Shown here piece by piece: positions 48,401 through 55,961 of a stretch of DNA of 64,000 nucleotides (positions within the stretch are counted from its first letter, which is position 1; each line of letters starts with the position of its first letter). The notes under the pieces are model-generated. The model saw nothing but the letters and a program-made list of their open reading frames with translations. It ran no database searches and was not told the DNA's origin. Origin of the DNA: a virus. The stretch lies in the IMG/VR virus record IMGVR_UViG_3300017991_000049, positions 64,001-128,000 of that record; one strand, written 5' to 3'. The position numbers and the translations under genes are program-made.

Positions 48401-49456
48401 GCCAGAGCGCGCCATCATCTGCCGCCACTGGCTTGGGTCGATGTACGACAATTCGCCGGCCTGGATCTTGTCGAGCCAGCGCTTGGCTTCTGAGTTCTCG
48501 TTGATAGCCCCCGACTGTGCAGCACGCGCCGTAGCGAGCACCAGGTTGCCTGTGTGGCTCTTGGCTGCCTGCTGTGTCAGGATCTCGTTCTGGGCGTTCA
48601 ACTCTGCCAGACTGGCACCGCCCTCTGGGATAGTCTCTCCGGCGGCGTCCATCGCAGCGCCCATGATGCCGCCGCGCTGCTGGAAATAGCGCCCGACCCG
48701 GATGTTCTTGTCGGCCTGATCGAAGTTGTAATGCGCATTTGGTGCGATCTTATCGAGCGCCTGGAACATGCCGGCCATGTCGCTGGTGTCGTACCCTTCC
48801 GGGCCGAGCGCGTCACGGACGGCGGACGTGGCGCCGAGAATCGGCGTTAGGTCTTTGATCTGGGTCTCAGTATCTGTACCTGTGCCGACCCAGCCACGCT
48901 TGGTGGCTTCCCTGTACGCGCCGCCGATTTCCTGCAGAGACATACCACGATGCTTCATCGGGTCGCTGAGGATGTCCTCGGCCATCTCCTCGGCCATCTG
49001 GACAGCCTTCTCCGCGGTCATGTCGTCATCGTACTTGTGCGCATCAGCGATAGCCGAAGCCAACGAGGCCACCGAACCCTCGCCGCCGTGCATGGCATCC
49101 CACCAGTTGGGTGCCCAGCGCATCAGATACGGCGAGATCTCGCTCAGATTGTCCCGGATGGTCTCAGCCTGCTGCTGCTTGCCCTCGTCCCAGTCTTGGC
49201 CCAGCATCGTGCTGTAGCCTTTGAGGATCTTGATGGGCGCCTTGTCGCGAGACGTGGCAGACCGCATGATCTCGGTCTGCATATCACGCATCTCCTGCTC
49301 ACGCAGGTGATCCATGATATTGCCACCGGGCTTCCACGGACCCAGCTCGAAGTCAGGGTTGACGCTCTTGACCCACTGACGGAGCTTGGGTTCGCCCAGT
49401 GTGTCCCAGATGGACTGGATGAAGCCTTGAGAGTCAGCTAGCGCGTATTTGTCCAT
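45404..49456 (-). CDS. LigD-like 3-prime phosphoesterase plus ATP-dependent DNA ligase with a ~880-aa N-terminal extension bearing an HExxH motif (1350 aa)
   Basis: Phosphoesterase-domain motifs HFDYRL...GLLSWATKP...YGAFQGSIGSGYGKGEV. Ligase motif I SAKLDG, then VLKGELYA, EGIVFQ and the OB-domain tail VGTGLSDELRAQL...IGRVARIRSQEQYPSGAWRAPALIAMHEDY. The N-terminal region carries IEHELTH. Confidence 0.75.
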   Translation of the reverse strand: MDKYALADSQGFIQSIWDTLGEPKLRQWVKSVNPDFELGPWKPGGNIMDHLREQEMRDMQTEIMRSATSRDKAPIKILKGYSTMLGQDWDEGKQQQAETIRDNLSEISPYLMRWAPNWWDAMHGGEGSVASLASAIADAHKYDDDMTAEKAVQMAEEMAEDILSDPMKHRGMSLQEIGGAYREATKRGWVGTGTDTETQIKDLTPILGATSAVRDALGPEGYDTSDMAGMFQALDKIAPNAHYNFDQADKNIRVGRYFQQRGGIMGAAMDAAGETIPEGGASLAELNAQNEILTQQAAKSHTGNLVLATARAAQSGAINENSEAKRWLDKIQAGELSYIDPSQWRQMMARSGASPAMAAMLAGQSAENQLFLAQNPNYKNLIRTVRMTQPAFDHNRQLALAGRRFGQGPGRDMLMQGEKSRLAKQWGYRNRQHYDQLQGGAAAQIGNVYSQAENQARVEQQMAHLGQKGPVRRFVHEVQRGTQGPAEFAAGVLGGVRTPAKLPGPLKMAADDSRKHVGFREWFEKTALNSWAKWGLGGAALGGGISALSEFVDDPYPDDERPTWRRVLESGLMGAGVGGALGLAGKVYWDAVRQEMERRRSNFGPYDPTGGADVKEHKLTLRDQLDKYYKDAPGGLDEAVRRAQESMANDNDPYGIHRWDPAELDTETTVSTVDREYLPPLPGQAANFGVKGVYDPNDETLWAAAPGHAMTDDVTSNIEHELTHARLRAPGPAQNPGTRHPRVLHYDDRPRVQDMGKTFWGSRKTRTVPRKTWEYATTPEELKAYLATVKREYVQATGKHVSTPQEAEKALNWFFRQHKGEHEQILDAVHKPLMENPREKDVLLRQLMQIVGITSKGVDDISKMAMDKTAARGIPDRTDFGDPSKLDTDELVDLFVQRHRAQRAGEHFDYRLGTPETGLLSWATKPTHIPAPGEKKFMKQQPVHSHQYGAFQGSIGSGYGKGEVRQERRGKVMITKATPTKIEYTVATTGTPERYVLMKPEKWGDRDWLMINVTPKKAVPYDKVRYKKLAPEDVEPYIEQMKEGTSVSAKLDGASSLVKLMRGGAEVLSYRTAKRTGHPIVHTERMFGGRPQLDIPKKYEGSVLKGELYAEKIRPDDVSRPTSDDAGVEEGAGVAAQADEAAQVLRAVEPQRLGGLLHATVEHSRDKQREQGLDIKNMLFDIQQLGKTPIDPNVTPYAERRKMIEEILPYLPPDKFQLAEETTDPEEAKQLWHSIIAGKHPLTREGIVFQPPVGKPTKAKRLEESDVHITDVFPGGGKYQGTGAGGFGYALAPGGPRAGEVGTGLSDELRAQLLADPAAYIGRVARIRSQEQYPSGAWRAPALIAMHEDY

Positions 49457-49608
49457 TTCGATCCCGCTTACGTCAATTAGTCACAACGGGCCATTCCGAA
49501 ATGGAATGGCCGTAACTCCAAGGCTGACAATGGCTTCCTATTTAAGCGCAAACCTGCAGGCCTGCAAACACGCCGCGCTTACGTCAAATGTGAGGACCTC
49601 GCTGCGAG

Positions 49609-50277
49609 TTACTTCGTGTACTCCTCATCGCTGCCCAGCCCGTCGATCTGGTAGTGGAAGTCGATGTACTTGGCTAGCACGTCCTCCTGCGGGCCTTCGG
49701 CTGACGCGTTGCGGTAGAACCGCAGATCGAGGTTGCTGGATATTGTCTCATTGGCCGGCGGGGCAATCTCTGCGAAGGTGGCGATCTGTAGCATATCGCC
49801 CGACGTGTATGTGAAGACGCCCTGATTACCTTGTAGGGTGGCAATGGTTGTCCAGCTGCCCGGTACTGCTGCGCCGTTGTTGTACCACCGATAGTCCGCC
49901 TTCCAGATCGGTTTGACCACGTCCGACTGGATGTAGTGGACATGCAGCCTGATCGCAGTATCCAGCTTCTTCTGGTGCTGCATCTGCATGGTCAGGTAGA
50001 CTATTTCCGCCTCGTCGTCATACGGGAACAGCAGACCGTTATTGGTGAAGTCGTAGTCGGGCTTGCTGTTCTGGCCCTGCTTGTCGCGTGTAAGCGGAAC
50101 GGAGAAGTCATCCCAGGCAACACCGTCATCGCCGCCGCCGAGTGTATGCAGACGGTCGGCGATGTAGCGCCAGTTCAGGTGACTGTGGTGACCGCCGATC
50201 ATATCGGGGCTCGTCCACAGTCCCTTATATAGGCTAGGCGGAATGTACTTTCCCATTTGCCTCCTCCTTGAGGTCAA
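49609..50277 (-). CDS. Hypothetical protein (222 aa)
   Basis: Complete ORF. No Ku-like features seen. Confidence 0.45.
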   Translation of the reverse strand: MTSRRRQMGKYIPPSLYKGLWTSPDMIGGHHSHLNWRYIADRLHTLGGGDDGVAWDDFSVPLTRDKQGQNSKPDYDFTNNGLLFPYDDEAEIVYLTMQMQHQKKLDTAIRLHVHYIQSDVVKPIWKADYRWYNNGAAVPGSWTTIATLQGNQGVFTYTSGDMLQIATFAEIAPPANETISSNLDLRFYRNASAEGPQEDVLAKYIDFHYQIDGLGSDEEYTK

Positions 50278-51607
50278 ACTGCTCCAGTAGCTTCTCGAAC
50301 TCGTCCTCCATCGACTTCAAGGTCTCCTCGCGCTCGTCCTCGTTCTTGACCTCCGGCGGCACAAAGCGGATGGTCGTCGAGCGCTGTAGCACGAGAATAC
50401 CTGGCGCATCGTCGCTGTCGTCCTGCTTCTCAGCCGCAGCCTTCTTCATCTTAAAGGTTTGCGTGGAGACCGGTCTAGTCTGGCTGCCGTCCTTCAACCA
50501 CTCCTTGAACTGCTGCATGGTCAACGGGGTTATTTTTCCTAGGCCTTTCCAGCCTTTTTCGTAATTGGCAAGGTAGGCGTCTTTTGCTTCGCGCAGGCTC
50601 GAAAAGCCGAGCATGACCTTGTGCTCGTCGAACCGCTTGGTCTCGGGGTCAATCTGATCGACGACAAAAGCCAGTTCGGTATCCGGGGATCCGCCAAGGA
50701 ATACGTCGACGGAATCGCCGTCAGCGTCGGTTGTGCGTCTGATGTAACCATAGTGGTGCTGCAACGCCGGCCAGGCCGGATCGCGCTTGTCTCCCTTCTT
50801 CGTCTCGATCGAGATGTCTAGGCCGTGCATACGGACATGGCCCTTACGGTAGTTGCCAGCCTCGGCCTGGGCGGGCGATGGCTGCGCAGCCTTGCGCGCT
50901 GCGCGGGCAATCGACTGTCCGAGCGTGACTGTGTCGGCGGCTTCCTTCGGCTTGCCGTATCGCTCACAGATCTCACACATAGTGACGTCGGGGTACGGCT
51001 CGTCCTTCTTGAACTTCCTGCCGCAGCCCGGGCACTTGTCGGCGGCCACCTTCAAGCTCTGGACGCCGGGCTTGTCCCACGGTAGCTGCGCCTTTTGGGC
51101 CTTTCTTGCGCCATTTGTGCCATTAGCCTTGCTGGTCTCATTGGCGCCCAGCACGCCGCTCTTACGCACGGCGAAGGTCACATGGAACTCCATCGCCTTG
51201 TCGGTCTTCGGGTGCACTGGCAGCGGCGTGAGCCCGTAGGTCTGCCGCAGCTTCTTGAGTTCTGGGCTCTTGACCTCGAACACCCAGCAGCGGTTCATCT
51301 CTTCCCAACCGGCCGGGTTGAAGTCCTTGATCTTGCCCAGGGAGTAGCCGAACTCGTGTCCGCGTTCGGTAATTTTGTCAGGGCCGCCAAACGACTCGAT
51401 TTCCTCGGGCCGCATGACGGAGACGTGCGCGTTGTAGCGCAGTTCCGATTCGGACATCGGCAGTTCGGTGCCGGGCTCGTTCAGCGCATCGAACGCACCG
51501 CGGCCAATAGCATTAGGTACGGACATCAAGAGCCAGCCCGACTGTGAGAGGTAGAGCTTGCCCTTGAGTGGCGCAGCCGCCGTCTTGAACAATTCGAGTA
51601 CGGACAT
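50234..51607 (-). CDS. Multidomain protein: 2H phosphoesterase-like, Zn ribbon and family-I inorganic-pyrophosphatase-like domains (457 aa)
   Basis: Two HxT/S motifs (NAHVSVM, EFHVTFA). CPGCGRK...CEIC zinc ribbon. HHYGYIRRTTDADGDSVDVFL closely matches PPase NYGYIPHTLSLDGDPVDVLV. Confidence 0.65.
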   Translation of the reverse strand: MSVLELFKTAAAPLKGKLYLSQSGWLLMSVPNAIGRGAFDALNEPGTELPMSESELRYNAHVSVMRPEEIESFGGPDKITERGHEFGYSLGKIKDFNPAGWEEMNRCWVFEVKSPELKKLRQTYGLTPLPVHPKTDKAMEFHVTFAVRKSGVLGANETSKANGTNGARKAQKAQLPWDKPGVQSLKVAADKCPGCGRKFKKDEPYPDVTMCEICERYGKPKEAADTVTLGQSIARAARKAAQPSPAQAEAGNYRKGHVRMHGLDISIETKKGDKRDPAWPALQHHYGYIRRTTDADGDSVDVFLGGSPDTELAFVVDQIDPETKRFDEHKVMLGFSSLREAKDAYLANYEKGWKGLGKITPLTMQQFKEWLKDGSQTRPVSTQTFKMKKAAAEKQDDSDDAPGILVLQRSTTIRFVPPEVKNEDEREETLKSMEDEFEKLLEQFDLKEEANGKVHSA

Positions 51608-51609
51608 AA

Positions 51610-52518
51610 CTATCGCTCTGTATGGTTTGCGCCGGTCCCGTGATCGCGGATGAACGTCTCAAGTGCCTGGATGCGCTCCTCGTGTGCTTTCCCCTGATTT
51701 CCGGTAAAGCGGTCAGCAGACTTGGCATCGATGGTGCTAAGCAGCGTGTCGTATGATTTACGCAGGCTGCCGACCATTTGCTCTAGCTTTCCGCGCGCTT
51801 CGGCCCCCGCGATGAATTGTGGCCAACGGCGATCCTGCTGCTTCTCCGAAGCGCGCATGCGCGCAGAGAGTTGCGCACGGTCTGCGCGGCAATCGGCAAT
51901 ATCTTCGATTAACGCGTCCGTTGTCCTATGCAGCTTCTCGATCTCGAAGTGGTGGTCGGCCAGGCGGTCTTCTTGTCGATTGTGCCGTTCCGCGCTGACG
52001 TCGTCCAGCATACGCATCTCGCGCTGTAGCTGTGTATCGAGCCCGGCAATCTCCATCTTGCGCGTGTCGTCAATCAGGCGCATCTCGCGTTGCAGCATAG
52101 TATCGAGCTGCACGATCTCGCCCTCCATGAATTCGGCTTTCACCTGGGCGACAGCCACCTGCGTGGCCTGGGACATGCCCCAGGTGACGACGGCGATGAC
52201 AACCACCCAGATCAGTGAACAGAGTGCGACAGCGACGCCCCAGTTGATCTTTCCGCGCTCAGAAGATTTCTCGGCCTGTCTGTCGAGTCGCTGGTGTAGT
52301 TCAGAAGTGCGCTCGTCCTGGCGCCGAGCCGCTGACGCCATCATTTCGCGCGTCTCGGCGAAGCCTGTCTTGACCGTGTCAGTCAATGACGCAACTGCCT
52401 GGGACATGTTTTGCATGTCCCGTTCCAGCCCAGTGACGCGTCCTTCGAGCTTCTGCTGTTGCTGCTGTTGCTGCTCTAGCTCCGTGGTCATCGCTGCGCC
52501 TCCGTGCTGTTGATCCAT
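51610..52518 (-). CDS. Coiled-coil membrane-anchored protein with a poly-Q tract (~302 aa)
   Basis: The ORF-track start is GTG. The ATG at 52516-52518 is preceded by AGGTGAG. Single transmembrane helix (VAVALCSLIWVVVIAVVTW) and the internal repeat LDTMLQREMRLIDD / LDTQLQREMRMLDD. Confidence 0.5.
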   Translation of the reverse strand: MDQQHGGAAMTTELEQQQQQQQKLEGRVTGLERDMQNMSQAVASLTDTVKTGFAETREMMASAARRQDERTSELHQRLDRQAEKSSERGKINWGVAVALCSLIWVVVIAVVTWGMSQATQVAVAQVKAEFMEGEIVQLDTMLQREMRLIDDTRKMEIAGLDTQLQREMRMLDDVSAERHNRQEDRLADHHFEIEKLHRTTDALIEDIADCRADRAQLSARMRASEKQQDRRWPQFIAGAEARGKLEQMVGSLRKSYDTLLSTIDAKSADRFTGNQGKAHEERIQALETFIRDHGTGANHTER

Positions 52519-52533
52519 GATTCTCACCTACTT

Positions 52534-52556
52534 ACTTCCGGATCCCCTACCCGGAA
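52534..52556 (-). promoter_or_regulatory. Hairpin (CTTCCGG-N9-CCGGAAG) just upstream of the RBS of 51610..52518, at the edge of a 320-bp noncoding gap
   Basis: 7-bp inverted repeat followed on the minus strand by UAAGUAGGUGAGAAUC-AUG. Confidence 0.3.
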
Positions 52557-52847
52557 GCACCGACGGACACGCAAGTGCCGTTTCGCAGTAGACCGAAGGC
52601 CACGTCTAACTGCTCCTCCCCCACACCTCAGTAAATCTATGGCATGGTTCCGGATTCCGCTGCGCCGTCCATGACGAATTGGAATCTCCTAACCGATCAG
52701 TGGCTTGACCTGGGGCGCTACGCCGCGCCCTAAGCGGTGAGAATATGGCGGCATCGTGCCGAACTGGTGCGTCCATGCAAACCTCTGACACCAGTGTACC
52801 AAAGCGACAGCAAAGATGGGAATGTCTTTCAATGACAGCAACGGTAG

Positions 52848-53318
52848 CTAGTCCCTGAGCCGGACACGCCGCGGGCGCCGATTGTCGTTAGATTTGATGC
52901 GCTCTCCGCACAATTTTTCTGGCGTCAATTCGGCCTCGCCGGAAAGTCCATGGACGAGATGGGACGTGATTCGCGTCTCGGGCGCCTCAACCGTAGGCGG
53001 CGCCACCTGCGGAATAATGCTGCGGTAGAAGCCATCCTCGCGCACACGCGTACGTGTGAACTCGTTCACAGCGTCGACGGCCTGCTGGGTCATCTCCGGC
53101 CTGTTCAGCAGCGACCGCAGATTCGCAGCGATTACATCGGTATCGACGTCAGCTGAAGGCATATCGGTATCGATGTCAGCTGGAGGCATTGCGGATTCGG
53201 ACCTTTCGTGGGCGGCGGGATTCGACGGCTGTGAGTGGGCCGAGGTGGCCCAATGATCCCAGATTTGCCGCGCGTTTGAGTTTCTCATAGGTCTTGACCG
53301 GGATCGTGATCTGGTCAC
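52848..53318 (-). CDS. Capsid-protein N-terminal paralog or remnant (156-aa ORF; start uncertain)
   Basis: AVDAVNEFTRTRVREDGFYRSIIPQV is near-identical to the N-terminus of the 20027..20956 protein. The 27-nt tandem repeat encodes MPPADIDTD / MPSADVDTD. Confidence 0.35.
   Translation of the reverse strand: MTRSRSRSRPMRNSNARQIWDHWATSAHSQPSNPAAHERSESAMPPADIDTDMPSADVDTDVIAANLRSLLNRPEMTQQAVDAVNEFTRTRVREDGFYRSIIPQVAPPTVEAPETRITSHLVHGLSGEAELTPEKLCGERIKSNDNRRPRRVRLRD
53136..53189. repeat. 27-nt tandem direct repeat (2 copies)
   Basis: ATCGGTATCGACGTCAGCTGAAGGCAT / ATCGGTATCGATGTCAGCTGGAGGCAT. Encodes MPPADIDTD / MPSADVDTD in the 52848..53318 ORF. Confidence 0.55.
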
Positions 53319-53412
53319 CAGCGGCCGCTTCCGCGGCTAACCGCTTCTCTCGGTCCAGCTGCTCGCGACAGCAGTTGGCCATCACCACGTCTAGTCGATC
53401 TTCGTACGGCAT
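53176..53412 (-). CDS. Small hypothetical protein (78 aa)
   Basis: Complete ORF directly downstream of the RHH gene. Overlaps the upstream end of the 52848..53318 ORF, so only one of the two may be real there. Confidence 0.3.
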   Translation of the reverse strand: MPYEDRLDVVMANCCREQLDREKRLAAEAAAGDQITIPVKTYEKLKRAANLGSLGHLGPLTAVESRRPRKVRIRNASS

Positions 53413-53416
53413 ATCG

Positions 53417-53641
53417 TCACTTAGCGCCAGCAGCGACGACCTTGTCCAGGATCTCGCTCTTGATTGCCAGCTTGGCGACCGCGAGCTTGTTGGCTGACGT
53501 CTTCCGTGTCCGGGCCTCGTCCTTGAGCGCCTCGTGCAGCTTGGCCGGCATGCGTACGGTCATAACCCGAATGTCCTCGGGCTTGCCGTTTGAGCTCTCG
53601 CCAGGCAATTCGTGGATGATTTCTTTCAGTATGTCCTGCAT
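53417..53641 (-). CDS. Ribbon-helix-helix (CopG/Arc-like) DNA-binding protein (74 aa)
   Basis: RVMTVRMPAKLHEALKDEAR matches the beta-strand-plus-helix N-terminus of the RHH family. Confidence 0.5.
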   Translation of the reverse strand: MQDILKEIIHELPGESSNGKPEDIRVMTVRMPAKLHEALKDEARTRKTSANKLAVAKLAIKSEILDKVVAAGAK

Positions 53642-53662
53642 CGTCCCCTCCTTTAGGGCAAC

Positions 53663-54319
53663 TTATGCGCTGGCAACCTGCGCTGCGCGAGCCTCTTCGA
53701 TGACCTGGTAGATCTCGTCGTGCAGGTGTTCTCTTGTCTTGTCATAGCCTTCATCGTCCACACAGTCTACCACATGCCAGCGGCGGTAGGTACGGGCCTG
53801 TTCCAGGTAAACGTCCCGGACGCGTGCCATATAGGATAGAGAGTCTTGATGAAGGTCTTTCGTGTCGTCGCGGGTATGGGTACGCCGATACGACGCCTCA
53901 GCAGTCAGATCCAGCAGAATGACCAGATCCGGCCTGGGCAGGCCAAATATCTCGTACTCGGTCTGCTCGATACGGTAGATCAGCGCAGCGCGGCTGTCCA
54001 CGGGCTCGTTGGCAGCCTGATGCGCGATGTTGGACGGCACGTAGCGGTCGCAAATGACCGTAAGGCCGCCGGCCAGCGCAGCTTGCAGGTCGGGCAAAGC
54101 CTCGTAGCGATTGATCGCGTACAGCATCGCGACCAAGAACGGGTCGTTCTGGCCTAGTTCGCCAAACTCTCCACGGAGGTAGCGCCGCACGTGCGGCCCG
54201 AAGACCGACGTGTCATAGGTTGGAAAGCTGAACAACTCAGATCCGTTCAGCCTTTGGTGTAGCATCCGTGCCTGTGTCGCTTTACCGCTTCCATCAATTC
54301 CTTCAAACGCAATCAGCAT
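53663..54319 (-). CDS. tmk: Thymidylate kinase (dTMP kinase)
   Basis: P-loop MLIAFEGIDGSGKATQ and a DRY-like DRYVPS motif. Start re-picked at the ATG of MLIAFEG (54317-54319). Confidence 0.8.
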   Translation of the reverse strand: MLIAFEGIDGSGKATQARMLHQRLNGSELFSFPTYDTSVFGPHVRRYLRGEFGELGQNDPFLVAMLYAINRYEALPDLQAALAGGLTVICDRYVPSNIAHQAANEPVDSRAALIYRIEQTEYEIFGLPRPDLVILLDLTAEASYRRTHTRDDTKDLHQDSLSYMARVRDVYLEQARTYRRWHVVDCVDDEGYDKTREHLHDEIYQVIEEARAAQVASA

Positions 54320-54527
54320 GCTCTGGCTCCAAACGAATAGCGGCAAGCGGCACATCCAGGATGACCGTACCGTCCTTCAATTCAAAATCTTGGTGCGTGC
54401 GCGCTTCCAGCGTCAGGCAGCCCATGTTGATAGGCTCGATGACTTCGTTAGCGCCAAACACCATGGTGGTCATGTCGCCATCCGGCATGACAGCACCTAC
54501 GTGACAGACGTAGTTGAAGGCGAATCG
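54303..54527 (-). CDS. Small hypothetical protein (~75 aa; internal start)
   Basis: MRFAFNYVCHVGAVMPDGD... fills the gap between the thymidylate kinase and the phosphatase. The longer ORF-track version would overlap the phosphatase gene. Confidence 0.3.
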   Translation of the reverse strand, partial: RFAFNYVCHVGAVMPDGDMTTMVFGANEVIEPINMGCLTLEARTHQDFELKDGTVILDVPLAAIRLEPEHADCV

Positions 54528-55180
54528 CATTGTTCTTCCTCCTCTTCCGTGGGTTCGAAGCTTCCGGTGTAGTTCACCGTTTGTAACTCCATAACCCCCC
54601 GAAAGACACGAATCACATTCACGCATCCAGGGTCCTGGTCGATCTCCCTTGCGCGGTGCATGGGCAACGCCATGAGATGCGCTAGAACCGCCCGGTTCAC
54701 ACATCTGTGGGAGATAACTACCACACGCTGGTCCGGATGCTTAATGGCGAGCTTCTCGATGAAGGCCAGGGCTCGACGGCAAATCTGGGAGAGGTTCTCT
54801 CCATCAGGAAAGCCGTATGTCCCTGGGTCCGCCAAGAAGGCGCCATAGTTCTCGTCGTCTTCCCGCATTATACGGTCCCACGACAAACCTTCCCAGCTCC
54901 CCATGTCGGCTTCTACGAGGGACGTGCAGAAAGTCACAGGTCCATCCACCGACGTGTTGACGATGCGAGCCGTCTGAACCGCCCGACCCAGGGGGCTCGC
55001 GTAAATCGCATCAATGCCCTTACCCTCGAAATACTCGGCCAGGGCGTTAGCCTGCGCAACTCCACGATCGGACAGGCAGATGCCAGTGGCCATCCGCTGT
55101 CCCATCAGGATAGGGTAGTTCTGATCATTGTTGCTCGTGGCACAATGACGCATCAGATAAATGATGCCCGAACCGTCCAT
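54497..55180 (-). CDS. Histidine phosphatase superfamily protein (phosphoglycerate-mutase-like, 227 aa)
   Basis: IYLMRHCAT is an RHG-type catalytic motif. The second His lies in VVVISHRCV. Confidence 0.6.
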   Translation of the reverse strand: MDGSGIIYLMRHCATSNNDQNYPILMGQRMATGICLSDRGVAQANALAEYFEGKGIDAIYASPLGRAVQTARIVNTSVDGPVTFCTSLVEADMGSWEGLSWDRIMREDDENYGAFLADPGTYGFPDGENLSQICRRALAFIEKLAIKHPDQRVVVISHRCVNRAVLAHLMALPMHRAREIDQDPGCVNVIRVFRGVMELQTVNYTGSFEPTEEEEEQCDSPSTTSVT

Positions 55181-55182
55181 TT

Positions 55183-55941
55183 CTACCTCCTAGTAGCTTC
55201 CAGCTCCTTGTTGACCATGTCGGCCGCCCATTCGACGTTGGTGCGGCGAAGCATATCCGAATCGAGGATGACGTGGCTGCCACCGACCTTCATGATCTCG
55301 GTGATGCCGGCGAGCTTACGTTCGTCCTCGTTGGGTGTCTCCATATAGTTGTACGCGCGGCGTTGGGCGAATATCAGGAGCGGGATCTTCTTGCCGGCCT
55401 TGCGCACAGCGCGCACGTCGTCGTACTCAATGAGGATGCCGTCGGCACCAGCAGCGACTAGCTGCTTGGCTGCCTGCGTGACATGCCCGGCACGGCGTAC
55501 GCGCAACTGCAGGTCGTCTACCATCTCTGCGTCAGTGATACAGTGGGGCAACGCGCTGACGAATATCCGCGGGCGCTTGATCTTGTGCGTCAGTGCTTTG
55601 CTCGCTTCGGCTGCCTCCACTGCAAGTTGTATGCTTTGTGCCCCGGCCAGCGCGCTGACGGTGATCGCCTTGATGCCCTGCTTGGCGGCTTCCGTCACGC
55701 ATTGCCATAGTTCAGCCCGGCTGCTCAGCAGCCGCATGTCCAGGACGACGTCGGTGATGCCCAGCTCGTAGAAGCAGCGCACCCCAGAAGGTCCATGGGC
55801 TAAGAAAAAGTTAGGCGTTATGACAACAGTTCGGGTACAAGACCGCATGTCTCGAGCCACCATAATGGCGGCTTCGAGACTAGCGGTATTAAGCCAGAGT
55901 GCCACTGTGTCTCGCAGTAGCTGCTTTGGCAGTTTTTTCAT
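55183..55941 (-). CDS. TIM-barrel protein (orotidine-5-phosphate decarboxylase-like fold; 252 aa)
   Basis: ITDVVLDMRLL and KVGGSHVILDSD resemble the OMP-decarboxylase / KGPDC barrel motifs. Weak. Confidence 0.35.
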   Translation of the reverse strand: MKKLPKQLLRDTVALWLNTASLEAAIMVARDMRSCTRTVVITPNFFLAHGPSGVRCFYELGITDVVLDMRLLSSRAELWQCVTEAAKQGIKAITVSALAGAQSIQLAVEAAEASKALTHKIKRPRIFVSALPHCITDAEMVDDLQLRVRRAGHVTQAAKQLVAAGADGILIEYDDVRAVRKAGKKIPLLIFAQRRAYNYMETPNEDERKLAGITEIMKVGGSHVILDSDMLRRTNVEWAADMVNKELEATRR

Positions 55942-55961
55942 TGGGCTCTCCTGGGAGCTTA

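Noticed and set aside
49609-50277. Candidate Ku partner for the LigD-like ligase
   Set aside because: The sequence shows none of the Ku core features recognisable by eye. Assignment would be pure guilt-by-association.
52600-52700. Possible tRNA in the 320-bp noncoding gap (GGTTCCGGATTCC resembles a T-arm)
   Set aside because: The sequence does not match the GTTCGAATC T-loop consensus. No acceptor-stem or anticodon-arm pairing could be built by eye.
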